DNA of 63,527 nucleotides, counting the filler, from Octopus bimaculoides (lineage: Eukaryota), in assembly GCF_001194135.2 (NCBI RefSeq). It is 8 parts of 8 records of this genome, joined end to end, with 100 filler letters (N's around TTAATTAATTAA, not from the genome) between each part and the next. Parts side by side here need not be neighbours in the genome. Positions count along the whole stretch, not along the records: positions 27,135 to 43,790 come from NC_068994.1; positions 43,891 to 49,080 come from NW_026425249.1; positions 49,181 to 51,647 come from NW_026316911.1; positions 51,748 to 55,287 come from NW_026335196.1; 4 more parts are not named here. One strand, written 5' to 3'. Position 1 is the first letter of the stretch. Each line of letters begins with the position of its first letter. The notes beneath the pieces are model-generated. The model did no database searches. It was not told where the DNA came from and saw only the letters and a list, made by a program, of their open reading frames with translations. Positions 39,822 through 52,058 of the stretch are shown here, piece after piece. The position numbers and the translations under genes were made by a program.

Positions 39822-40724
39822 NNNNNNNNNNNNNNNNNNNNNNNNNNNNNNNNNNNNNNNNNNNNNNNNNNNNNNNNNNNNNNNNNNNNNNNNNNNNNNN
39901 NNNNNNNNNNNNNNNNNNNNNNNNNNNNNNNNNNNNNNNNNNNNNNNNNNNNNNNNNNNNNNNNNNNNNNNNNNNNNNNNNNNNNNNNNNNNNNNNNNNN
40001 NNNNNNNNNNNNNNNNNNNNNNNNNNNNNNNNNNNNNNNNNNNNNNNNNNNNNNNNNNNNNNNNNNNNNNNNNNNNNNNNNNNNNNNNNNNNNNNNNNNN
40101 NNNNNNNNNNNNNNNNNNNNNNNNNNNNNNNNNNNNNNNNNNNNNNNNNNNNNNNNNNNNNNNNNNNNNNNNNNNNNNNNNNNNNNNNNNNNNNNNNNNN
40201 NNNNNNNNNNNNNNNNNNNNNNNNNNNNNNNNNNNNNNNNNNNNNNNNNNNNNNNNNNNNNNNNNNNNNNNNNNNNNNNNNNNNNNCGTGACTGGAAATG
40301 GTCTTCAACACACGATATTCTCGTAAAACAATCTTTGAAATTAATAAATCTTCATATATCGAAATAGTTTTATTTATTTTAGCAAATCATTTGTTTGTAG
40401 TTATTACTTGCTTTTTCTTTTCTTTTTAGTTGTTTTGTTCCGTTTTGTATCGCATATTATGTTGTTGCTTTACTAGAGTGGGTGTTGATAGTGGTATTGA
40501 TGGTGGTGGTGATTCTAGTGCTGCTACTGGTGAGTATCTTGATGGTAGAGGTTGTGGTTATGGTGGTGGTGGTGTGGTGGGTGTGTTAGTGATTGTAGCG
40601 CTGGTGGTATTGGTGCTAGTGCTGGCTGTGGTGGTGGTGGTGGTGGTGGTGGTGGTGGTTACAAAATTGATGTTAATAGTTATGGTGGTGATAGTGTTAG
40701 TGGAGAAGAATCTAGTGAGAGAGA

Positions 40725-40980
40725 GGAAGAGGTTGTGGAAGACTAAGCGGACAAATATTTCTGTTGTGTTTGGTGCAATTGGCACAACACCCAGACTTCT
40801 CCCTAAGCGGCTGAACGATATTGGAATAGAGACATCCATTGTTGACTTGCAGAAAATGGCAATCCTGTACTCTACAAGAATCCTAAGAAAGATTCTTGAA
40901 ATTTGAGGGGACATCGTATCACCAAACCTCGAAACAACATCCCTGCAAACTTATTTACTTGTGATAACTATAATAATAAT
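40725..40980 (+). mobile_element. 3' end of RLE-bearing non-LTR retrotransposon (R4/Dong-like)
   Basis: LWKTKRTNISVVFGAIGTTPRLLPKRL..IGI..LQKMAILYSTRILRKILEI* matches the R4/Dong C-terminus (V.IGALG..LQK..L.T..ILRKVL); a short 3' UTR ends in (TAA)n. Confidence 0.75.
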
Positions 40981-41254
40981 CCTTTGAAGAATAAGCACAA
41001 GACCTGAAATTTGGGGGAGAGGAGTAGTCATTCAAATCGACCCCACTGCACAATTTCTACTTAATTTATTGAACCCGAAAGGATGAAAGGTAATGTCGAC
41101 CCCGACGGAATTTGAAATCAGAACGTAAAGACTGACGAATTGCCGCAAAGCATTTCGTCTGGCGTGCTAACGGTTCTGCCAGCTCGTCAACTTCTTGACA
41201 ACAACAGCAACAACAACAACAACAATTCTCTCTACTGAAGGCACAAGGTGGCCT

Positions 41255-41327
<73 letters not shown>

Positions 41328-41899
41328 CACCAATGAAGAACTCATCGATTAAAGCAACTCCATTCTTTCCAAAACCTGTGTCCTCGTGTCCATATCAGTT
41401 TGAGATATAATTTATAACACAGCACATTCGTAATAAAGAACAGCAGCAACAATATACAAATATATGTTTCAAAGATATCGAGCCATGCATTATCTTACAT
41501 ATTCAAATGTATATGTAGTTACACACACACACACATACACACACACACACACACATATGTATATATACTTACATATACATATACACACACACTCATACAC
41601 ATGCGGGTTGTTTGTGTGTGTGTACTTGTGCGTGCGTGTGTGCATGCGCGTGCTTAAATTCGTGCGCTTGTGCATGAGTGTGCGTGTATTTATGCGTATG
41701 CATATATAAGTAGAAATAACAGTTCATTCAAAATGTAATCTCGTTGTCAGCCGGCTTTGAACGAGCAGGTTTTAATAAATGGCATTCTGGCCATCCATGA
41801 CTATTTCATCTTGGTTTATCTTGGACTATATCATCGAGCATCTCCTTTCCCACGTTTTGTGGTAATAGGGTGTGATTTCTAGCAAGTCGAACAAACATG

Positions 41900-42330
41900 T
41901 CGAGTCAGCCGCCATTTGTAAACATCGTTTAGTGGACCAAACGTATTTTATAACAAGGGCACAAAGAGGGATACGCTATAGTGGAATAACCAAACTAGAA
42001 ATCCCAAAATATTGAAGAACTGGAGAGGGATTTATGTTGAAAACGCAACTTGACATCAGGTCATAAGGGAATATCTAAATGCTTAAATGATATTCTTAGA
42101 ATCTTAGAAATAATATTCTAAGTGCCTTTGCCGGAATGACTTTGAGAGAAACGGTAAAATCGCAAATGCTCGGTATAACCAAATGTAACAATATCAAAAT
42201 TCTTTGAGAATAAGTTATCCAATGTGACCATAAGACAGACAGTAAAGGAACAATAATGATAAAATTTCTAGATATGGTCTTAAATAGATCAGAAATGGTT
42301 ATCTGAAATAAGAAAGTTCAAATAACACCA
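41900..42330 (+). mobile_element. Penelope-like RT remnant
   Basis: Degenerate ordered motifs: Y*Q..EGYAI (YxQxxGxAMG), ELER, IYVEN (RYVDD), KFLDMVLNRS (FLD..I.R). Confidence 0.45.
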
Positions 42331-43694
42331 AGTGTAATAGAATGTCTAGATAGGGACATTGAGTGATTAAACCGGCTCTTCTGAACTAGGTCCGGCACGC
42401 CCTACCACAAGTTTTGGGTCTCGTGAATTTCTCAAAAGGCTGAAAAATATCAAAGGTGCGCTATGGTGATGTTAAGTGTTTAGAGGTGTGATGAATTTTC
42501 ATAGAAAAAATTTTTAAAAGGTTTTTTTCTCTGAAAACAGTTATTCTATATGTGAACACTAAGAATATTCTCTCTTTTCTCTTGATTCTTAGACAACTAA
42601 CATTCTATGAAGAAAGAAGAAAATATAACATTCCATGATTTTTTTTCAAATTGTAATCGCTTTCATATTTAATGAAATATTTCACTTTGTAAAATAATAT
42701 CTAATGAATAAGTCACGGGCTATATCCTACTGACGATTTCTAAACAGAATGAAATAGTGCTATTGTACGAACTCCCTAATAAGGAACCAATAAATAAATA
42801 AATAAATACGTGAATTCTATGCATCTTTTTCCTCGCAATTCCTTAATTTCTAATTAAAATTTCCGATCCTGTCTCGTATTATGAAGAAATTATTATCTCC
42901 CTTGTAATAGTGGTAATCACTAGGGAAACCATGTGTTTATTTTCCAATTTTTAAAAAAGTTATTATTCAAATCATAAAGAAGTGGCGTTTGTAAAGTGCA
43001 ATAGATTAAACGGGCTGCTGCGCTACAAAAAGCTGGGAAACACTTGGCTAAAGAAATAATTAGCAAATAGAGGGAGGTGCTTGTAACATCAATAGTGAAA
43101 GAATCTCTAGTAGTTAAAGGGTTTAAATCACTAGTCGAATGGGAAACGAAAATAGCTATAAAATTAGATCAGATTTTCAACCAAATTCAAATTTATTTAT
43201 GACAGCTAGAATTATGAAAAAGAGTTTCAGCACAAAATAAAAGAATTTTAAGAAATAAAACGCAGAATATCCAAGGTATAATGAACTACTATACAACAAA
43301 CTAAACGTACGAGATCATAAAATTGAGAGACAATAAAACTGGAGATGGCTTGTCGCAGGCGTAAGTATGGGATTAAGAAGCTCGCTTTGCAGCCACGTGA
43401 CTTCGGCTGCAGGCTCACTGCGCGGTGCTTTGTCTTCTACTAAACTCCTTGGCTGAATAATATTCATATATAAATGTATGGGAACTTTTAAATACGTCCT
43501 CCACCGATAATGGTGCTTACATACCGAAGGGCTTGGTAAAAATTATTAATTGTTGATTTATTAATAAATTAATAAATTGATAAATCTTTACCCTTTTAAT
43601 TTGTAATAATTATTCACTCCCTGATAGTAAACGCAAAGTTTCTGCGGTATTGTTTGTAACGCACATGGTAATTTCTTGAGGAGGAGGTAGTGGA

Positions 43695-43707
43695 ATGACT
43701 GGCCGAG
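43695..43707 (+). CDS. Candidate first coding exon ATG ACT GGC CGA G|GTAAGT (M-T-G-R-G/x) of an unassigned gene, possibly MPND
   Basis: Consensus donor CGAG|GTAAGT at 43708, in-frame upstream TGA, locally CpG-richer flanks; lies at the very end of an assembly piece. Confidence 0.35.
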
Positions 43708-44695
43708 GTAAGTTCGGTTATGCTTTCAGGTTGTGTCGCGGCATGATGTTCACTCGTTCATACTTGCGCGGTTTGCTAGCATAGTCGAATNNNNNNNNNN
43801 NNNNNNNNNNNNNNNNNNNNNNNNNNNNNNNNNNTTAATTAATTAANNNNNNNNNNNNNNNNNNNNNNNNNNNNNNNNNNNNNNNNNNNNAAAAAAAAAA
43901 AAAAAAAACAACAAAAAACGGAGAAATGGTACACAATTACAAATGCAAAGAACAGGACATAAACAATAGATGACATTCGACTAAGAACGGCATGAACATA
44001 GAATATGAAAGTCATGGGAAGAGACACGAGTGATGCTGCACGGCTGGTATTCGAACCAAGAAAGAAAGGCCAAGCTTTCAGTTTCCGTCTACAAAATGCA
44101 CTCAGAATTGATACCCTTTAGTGAACACTTTGAGAGATGCGCAAAGCAACTGCTACCACAATTTGTAATCGTTACATTTTATAAAATGAGCCATTGGGAC
44201 ACAAGCACAAGTTAGATTAAATGGGGAAAACTACTGCATTGCAAAAAACAAAGTGTAACCAAAAACTCAACACACGTTTCTAACATACATAAATGTATGT
44301 GTATGTATGTATACGTGTGTATGTATGTATATGTGTATGTATGCATGTATATGTCTATATATATGTGTGTGTGTATGTATGTATATAAATAAATATATAT
44401 ATATGTGTGTGTGTGTGTGTATGTATGTATGCGTGCACATGTGTGTGTATATATGCCTATATGTATGTATGTGTTTTTTAGATATATATTTATCCGAAAA
44501 ACTAGGTTTATATATTTATTTTTTAGTTTATTATTGTTATTATTATAATTATTTTTCACATACCTATATCAGTATAAATTTCTTGTTTTTTCATATATAT
44601 ATATATACATCCATTTATTTCGTGTGTGTATATATGTAAGTTTGTATGTATGCGTGTGTTCTTTTGTCTGCACACACACACACATATATATATAT

Positions 44696-44740
<45 letters not shown>

Positions 44741-45738
44741 NNNNNNNNNNNNNNNNNNNNNNNNNNNNNNNNNNNNNNNNNNNNNNNNNNNNNNNNNNNN
44801 NNNNNNNNNNNNNNNNNNNNNNNNNNNNNNNNNNNNNNNNNNNNNNNNNNNNNNNNNNNNNNNNNNNNNNNNNNNNNNNNNNNNNNNNNNNNNNNNNNNN
44901 NNNNNNNNNNNNNNNNNNNNNNNNNNNNNNNNNNNNNNNNNNNNNNNNNNNNNNNNNNNNNNNNNNNNNNNNNNNNNNNNNNNNNNNNNNNNATATATAT
45001 GCGTGTAGGTGTATATAGTTTTTACGTAAGAGATCGTGTGTTTATGTATGTTAGATACATGTGTTGATTTTTTTGTTTACACTTTGTTTTGTCTCGGTTT
45101 TTTTTTTTCTACTTATATTTAAAAATATCCATTGGCCAGAACAGTTATAATTTATTACATAAATAGACTCGAAAATACATTAACATGTTCCTCTTTGTCT
45201 TCCTTTTTTCCTTTTTCCAATTTATTTGCAAATATCCGGTCAGCTTCTCCGACATAGCCTCTTTGTTTTTCCTTCTAAACTTTTTTGGTAATACCTTTTT
45301 TGATGTTTTCCTTTAATTTTTACACTGACGAGAATGGTAATTCATAACTATTTTAATAATAATTATCATTATCAATGTTTTTTCTTACATGTTTGTATTA
45401 CCATTTGAAACGGTCGCATGTGGAAATTAAATTCTAATTTGAACTTTTAACATCTCCATTTTTTAATTGTTAGTAGTGTTTTATATAAGATTTTATCTTA
45501 TACATGCATATAACAAACCAGCCAAGTTCTAGGAGGACTGAATCTCTGGCACCTATAATTTTTCAGTACACCTCCTTGTTAACACATCTTTATTAATTTC
45601 AAATGATGTCATATATATGTTAGACACATCCTGCAACTGACTTTAAACGTTTTGGCTGTGTTAATTCCGTCAGAGACCACGAAAAAAATTTAAGAAATTT
45701 CGTCTTAAAAAAGACTATGTTTAGAGTAAATAACTTAC

Positions 45739-45781
45739 AATTTCCTGTTAAGAAGATATTCTCGTAGGATCGCCTCGCAAT
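45739..45781 (-). other. Candidate 43-nt exon on minus strand (DCEAILREYLLNRK or IARRSYENIFLTGN), gene unassigned
   Basis: CATTTCTAG acceptor and GTAAGT donor on the minus strand; two of three phases are open. Confidence 0.22.
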
Positions 45782-46139
45782 CTAGAAATGACGGGATTTC
45801 CCCCCTTATATAGACTTGTTTACAACAACGCCTACCAAACTCTTTTGTTCCTTAGAAATCTTTTCTTTTTAGCAACAAAAATAAAAATAAGTAATGCTAA
45901 TGAATAAATAAAGAAAGAAAGAAAAGAGGGAGAAAAGGTTGAATAAAAATTTTTTTAAATAGAATAAAATAAAATAGACTATACACTACTACACATTTAT
46001 TCGTCAATCAGTCATAAAATCGTAAAACAATTCTACAAGAATTAACACTTGAGGACTATTTCGTGTTTACAGACTCAAGGTAGAGACTCCATTTTTTATA
46101 AAATTCCTCTTGTTCGCTTTCATTGTGTGATCTGTTTCT

Positions 46140-46330
46140 GTTTTTTTTTTCAATTAGATATCTGTCGTGCACAAAGTATCTAAAATGTTTGAAGCTGAGA
46201 GTGTTTTTTTGCCACTTTGTTTTTATATATAAAAAGTTTTGCTAATAATATTAGCAGGTCAAAGATGCTATCCGTATACGTGTTTTTTCTCAATCCGAAT
46301 AGAATGAGCTGATGATCTGCAGAAGTAGCG
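46140..46330 (-). mobile_element. L1/Tx1-like LINE C-terminal remnant
   Basis: HQLILFGLRK..FDLLILLANFLYIKTKW..FKHF..DRYLIEK resembles Tx1/L1 ORF2 tails. Confidence 0.45.
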
Positions 46331-46471
46331 TCAGAGCGTCAGAGCCATGTGTTGGGAGGGATTCTTTGCCACAAAAGCAAAGTTTAAAGGAAATCTTGGC
46401 CATTTTTCATACTTTCTAATGGTAAGCAAATAGGAAATAACATTTGCTACCTATAGGACAAAAATCGTGTT

Positions 46472-47856
46472 ACGCAGTGTATTAAAAACTGACATCCCAT
46501 TTTTACAGGATATATTTACCAAAACTACATAAGCATATCTTGAAATAATAAAGAGTAAATTTATTCAATAAAACTGCCATTGGCTTCGACCACGGCCGCC
46601 AGACGACTTCGGAATCTCCTGCAACTCTCCATGTTTAAGTTGGTGAATGCTGCCATAATCCTTCCCTGCAGTTCATTTTTGGTGTTGCAAGGACATTTGT
46701 TGGTCTCTCGCTCAACTGTGCCCCACACATAATAACCAAGGGGTTTGCAGTCTGGGGAGTTAGGTGACCAGATGTTAGGGGTGATATGGTCACAGAAATT
46801 GTTTGACAGCCATGACTGGGTTCTCCTGCTTGTGTGGCATGGTGCAGATTCCTGTTGCCAGACATAGGGTCTTCCAGCAGCCACCCTCTTGACTCAGGGC
46901 AGCATTACCTCCTCCAGATACTTGATGTAGGCTTCCATGTTGAGTCTGAGGCCGTATGGGAAGAGGAATAGAGGAATAACATCGCAATCACCTGTGATCA
47001 CTCCAAACACCATGATGTTGACTGGATGTTTGATTTTTATCACTCTTGGTACGTGTTTTGGGGACACGGCAAACCAACGGTTGCTCTGTGTGTTCACCAT
47101 CTGCTCCCGGCAGAAATTCTTCTCGTCTGAGGAAACGCAAAGCATGTTCGGTTGGAGGAGATGCTTGAGTTTGTTCAAAAGCTTCGTAGTGTTGTCTTTC
47201 CTCTTGTCCTTGAAGAATACACTCATGCATAACAATATATTCTCTTGAACTCCTCTCGTTACACACTTCCCTGCAGACGACGTGTCTCCATCCTTTTGTC
47301 AGAATACTCATAGATATCCGCTCTGTCACTGTTGGCTGACATCTTGCACAATCGTCGCCGCATCGAATTTTGCGGAATATTTTCCGGCACTTTACATTCT
47401 GAGTACGAGGAATACCGAATGCACTCCGTGCCTAATACGAAGCTCAGACACTCTTATGTCCCTGATTGACTTGGAGGGATCGTTGTCAATCATGGCCTGG
47501 ATTTCACAAAAACATTCGGGAGTTCTTTTCTTATCAGAACGATCAGAGTGAGTTTTCCGAGCTGCCGTACTTTCGTTGTCACCATTAGACTCATCCAACT
47601 CTCTCAATATCCTCCGCACTGTCCTCACATTGACACCCAAACACTGTGAAATTTTCGTATTGGAGCTTCCGGCGTGAATGCCAAGCAGCAGAGAATGTCG
47701 TTTCCAAATTTCTGGCAGAGTGAATTACGTCATGGTGGTGTTTTTTTTTTTCTCACAGACGGTGCCCAACCGACCCTACTATACTGCATAGTCGACAAGA
47801 TCAAGATCAAACAAGGCACATGCACGAAATTAAAAAATATAAAATGGCGACAGTTT
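46472..47856 (-). mobile_element. Tc1/mariner DNA transposon, DD37D (maT/Bmmar1-like) family, near full length, inactivated
   Basis: Frameshifted transposase 47733->46561: HTH region (LGVNVRTVRRI), SSDEKNF, VMVFGVI-like, VWQQESAPCHTS, WSPNSPDCKPLGYYVWG. There are 37 residues between catalytic positions 2 and 3, which are mutated to E and G. Putative TIR similarity AAACTG..CCATTTT near 46487 and 47841-47856; the right end runs into a gap. Confidence 0.88.
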
Positions 47857-48624
47857 NNNNNNNNNNNNNNNNNNNNNNNNNNNNNNNNNNNNNNNNNNNN
47901 NNNNNNNNNNNNNNNNNNNNNNNNNNNNNNNNNNNNNNNNNNNNNNNNNNNNNNNNNNNNNNNNNNNNNNNNNNNNNNNNNNNNNNNNNNNNNNNNNNNN
48001 NNNNNNNNNNNNNNNNNNNNNNNNNNNNNNNNNNNNNNNNNNNNNNNNNNNNNNNNNNNNNNNNNNNNNNNNNNNNNNNNNNNNNNNNNNNNNNNNNNNN
48101 NNNNNNNNNNNNNNNNNNNNNNNNNNNNNNNNNNNNNNNNNNNNNNNNNNNNNNNNNNNNNNNNNNNNNNNNNNNNNNNNNNNNNNNNNNNNNNNNNNNN
48201 NNNNNNNNNNNNNNNNNNNNNNNNNNNNNNNNNNNNNNNNNNNNNNNNNNNNNNNNNNNNNNNNNNNNNNNNNNNNNNNNNNNNNNNNNNNNNNNNNNNN
48301 NNNNNNNNNNNNNNNNNNNNNNNNNNNNNNNNNNNNNNNNNNNNNNNNNNNNNNNNNNNNNNNNNNNNNNNNNNNNNNNNNNNNNNNNNNNNNNNNNNNN
48401 NNNNNNNNNNNNNNNNNNNNNNNNNNNNNNNNNNNNNNNNNNNNNNNNNNNNNNNNNNNNNNNNNNNNNNNNNNNNNNNNNNNNNNNNNNNNNNNNNNNN
48501 NNNNNNNNNNNNNNNNNNNNNNNNNNNNNNNNNNNNNNNNNNNNNNNNNNNNNNNNNNNNNNNNNNNNNNNNNNNNNNNNNNNNNNNNNNNNNNNNNNNN
48601 NNNNNNNNNNNNNNNNNNNNNNNN

Positions 48625-48659
<35 letters not shown>

Positions 48660-48738
48660 GGAAAAATTACTATGAAGCATTGTGTAGAATGTGTTGTAAG
48701 GTCAGAACAATACTAAGTAAATGCCAGGCAAATCACAA

Positions 48739-48910
48739 CAAATACATGAATTAATGTAGACTTACCTTCTATTCAATATTTCGGGGTTATTAAAGAATGT
48801 TGCCAACATGCGTGTGTACACACATCGGCAACATTCGTTAATTTCTTGAAAATGGGGTCATAACCCCGAAATATTGAATACAAGGTAAGTCTACATTATT
48901 CACATATTTG
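48739..48910. repeat. Foldback element/MITE with about 50-bp inverted arms and a nested inner hairpin
   Basis: AATGTAGACTTACCTT.TATTCAATATTTCGGGGTTAT pairs with ATAACCCCGAAATATTGAATA.AAGGTAAGTCTACATT; inner pair GAATGTTGCC/GGCAACATTC. Confidence 0.85.
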
Positions 48911-49969
48911 TTTTGGTTTTTTTTCTTGTAAGTTACCTTGCATTTACTTCGCATTGTTTTGGCCTTAGCCACGATCATTTATACAACATATATATATGCG
49001 TGTGTGTGTATTCATATAGATGTTCGTATATGGATATATATATTTGTATTTATATAGATGTTCGTGTGTGTGTATATATANNNNNNNNNNNNNNNNNNNN
49101 NNNNNNNNNNNNNNNNNNNNNNNNTTAATTAATTAANNNNNNNNNNNNNNNNNNNNNNNNNNNNNNNNNNNNNNNNNNNNGTGCGTGCATGTGTGTATTA
49201 AAATATTAATTATGGAAGATTTCAGCAGAGATTTGGAAGTTCTCATTGTCTCTTCATTCCTAAATTTAATCCCACATGCAGGGTGTAGGCATGGCTGTAT
49301 GGTAAGGACCTTGTTTCTCAACCACATGGTTCCAGATTCAGTCCCACTGCATGGCACCTTGGGCAAATATTTTCTACTATAGCCACAAGCTGACCAAAGC
49401 TTGTGAGNNNNNNNNNNNNNNNNNNNNNNNNNNNNNNNNNNNNNNNNNNNNNNNNNNNNNNNNNNNNNNNNNNNNNNNNNNNNNNNNNNNNNNNNNNNNN
49501 NNNNNNNNNNNNNNNNNNNNNNNNNNNNNNNNNNNNNNNNNNNNNNNNNNNNNNNNNNNNNNNNNNNNNNNNNNNNNNNNNNNNNNNNNNNNNNNNNNNN
49601 NNNNNNNNNNNNNNNNNNNNNNNNNNNNNNNNNNNNNNNNNNNNNNNNNNNNNNNNNNNNNNNNNNNNNNNNNNNNNNNNNNNNNNNNNNNNNNNNNNNN
49701 NNNNNNNNNNNNNNNNNNNNNNNNNNNNNNNNNNNNNNNNNNNNNNNNNNNNNNNNNNNNNNNNNNNNNNNNNNNNNNNNNNNNNNNNNNNNNNNNNNNN
49801 NNNNNNNNNNNNNNNNNNNNNNNNNNNNNNNNNNNNNNNNNNNNNNNNNNNNNNNNNNNNNNNNNNNNNNNNNNNNNNNNNNNNNNNNNNNNNNNNNNNN
49901 NNNNNNNNNNNNNNNNNNNNNNNNNNNNNNNNNNNNNNNNNNNNNNNNNNNNNNNNNNNNNNNNNNNNA

Positions 49970-50030
49970 GTGATCACTCCAAACATCATGATGTTGATTG
50001 GATGTTTGATTTTTATCATTCTCTGTACAT
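49970..50030 (-). mobile_element. Second-copy fragment of the DD37D transposase (IKIKHPINIMMFGVIT)
   Basis: Near-identical to 46995-47045; flanked by gaps. Confidence 0.8.
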
Positions 50031-51747
50031 GTTTTGGGAAGAAATCGAGCAGGGGATTGACTATAAGAGTTATGTNNNNNNNNNNNNNNNNNNNNNNNNN
50101 NNNNNNNNNNNNNNNNNNNNNNNNNNNNNNNNNNNNNNNNNNNNNNNNNNNNNNTTTTCTGGGAAAGAGTTTGTGGGAAATGTGTGTGTCTTGAAGGTTG
50201 GTGTTCTTGTGGAAATGGAATGGGTGTGGTGGTACTATATATAACCTTTGTCGGGGAGTGGTAAATACATGTTAGAGTGCTTCTTTTCTTTTATGTAATA
50301 GTTAAGTTTGTGGGGCATTTATTTCGTGGCTACATTATTTTTTAAGACATATCTTTTCCTTATCTAAATAAAAAATATTCTAGAAAGTTATATGGGCACA
50401 GTTGTGCTTCCCAACCACATGGTTCTGGGTTCAGTCCCACTGCATGGCACCTNNNNNNNNNNNNNNNNNNNNNNNNNNNNNNNNNNNNNNNNNNNNNNNN
50501 NNNNNNNNNNNNNNNNNNNNNNNNNNNNNNNNNNNNNNNNNNNNNNNNNNNNNNNNNNNNNNNNNNNNNNNNNNNNNNNNNNNNNNNNNNNNNNNNNNNN
50601 NNNNNNNNNNNNNNNNNNNNNNNNNNNNNNNNNNNNNNNNNNNNNNNNNNNNNNNNNNNNNNNNNNNNNNNNNNNNNNNNNNGTGTGTGTATTTGTCTCC
50701 ATCACTGCTTTACAACTGGTGTTGGTATGTTTACATCCCTGTAACTTAAGCAGTTCAGTAAAAGAGACTGATAAAATAAGTACCAGGGTTAAAAAAAAAA
50801 ATAAGTCCTTGGCTCGATTTGTTCAACTAAAACCCCTCAAGGCAGTGCTACAGCATGGCCACAGTGAAATGACTGAAACGGGTAAAATGATACAAGAATA
50901 TGTATCTATGTTTATGGGTGTTTGTCCTCCACCACTGCTTGACAACCGGTGTTGGTTTATTTACGTCATCGTAACCTAGCAGTTTGGCATAAACAGACTG
51001 ATAGAATGAGTACCAGGTTGAACAAAAAATAAGTCCTGGGGTTAATTTGTTTGACTAAATGTTATTCAAGGCAGTGCCCCAGCATGGCTGCAGTCTAATG
51101 ACTGAAACATGTAAAAGATAGAGGATGAAAGATATACATATAATAGGCGCGGGCATGGCTGTGTGGTAAAAAGCTTGCTTCCCAACCACATNNNNNNNNN
51201 NATATATATATATATATATATATACTAGCTTAAAAGCTGCATTCCATGTGGACTTTTAAGCTAGCTCCTGCAGAGGGCTAATTGGGCTTGAATTGGGCCT
51301 GCCCAAAACTAAAAGAGCAATAACTATAAAGCATTTATTGGTACCCTACCAATATAGTATTACCCTTCCAACATGATATTTACCTACCAATAGGGTATTA
51401 CTTTAAATTCAGTTTAAATGAAAAACTTGTAAGTTCACAAATTNNNNNNNNNNTTCTGGAGCTCTTTTAAAATTTGAATTTTCAACTGTTAGCATATAAA
51501 AAACTTTCATCCAGGTCTGATCCCAAAACTGGATGTTCAAGAACTAAGTGAAGGGCAGATTTTAAATTCTGGGATCTCCAAAAAGATATACTAAGTCTAT
51601 ATATAGCAAATGTAGTCTGAGATACAAGGATTATATATATATATATGNNNNNNNNNNNNNNNNNNNNNNNNNNNNNNNNNNNNNNNNNNNNTTAATTAAT
51701 TAANNNNNNNNNNNNNNNNNNNNNNNNNNNNNNNNNNNNNNNNNNNN

Positions 51748-52058
51748 GCGTGACAGTTGCCAGTACCGCCTGACTGACCTTGTAGGGTTTTCGAACGAGA
51801 TCGTTGCCAGTGCCCCTGGACTGGCTCTTGTGCGGGGGGGCACATAAAAGACACCATTTCGAGCGTGGCCGTTTTCGTGCGGGTGACACGTAAAAGCACC
51901 CACTACACTCTCTGCGTGGTTGGCGTTAGGAAGGGCATCCAGCTGTAGAAACTCTGCCAAATTAGTTTGGAGCCTGGTGTTGCCATCCGGTTTCACCAGT
52001 CCTCAGTCAAATCGTCCAACCCATGCTAGCATGGAAAGCGGACGTTAAACGATGATGA
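51748..52058 (+). mobile_element. SINE family 5 (RTE-like 3' tail: GGCGTTAGGAAGGGCATCCAGC..GCATGGAAAGCGGACGTTAAACGATGATG)
   Basis: Related fragments at 15960-16075, 15385-15450, 12300-12430(-), 13790-13975(-), 23030-23125(-). Confidence 0.75.

Noticed and set aside
51225-51262. Small hairpin TAGCTTAAAAG..CTTTTAAGCTA in a unique AT-rich piece
   Set aside because: Only 11-bp arms and a single copy; no support for function or for organellar origin.
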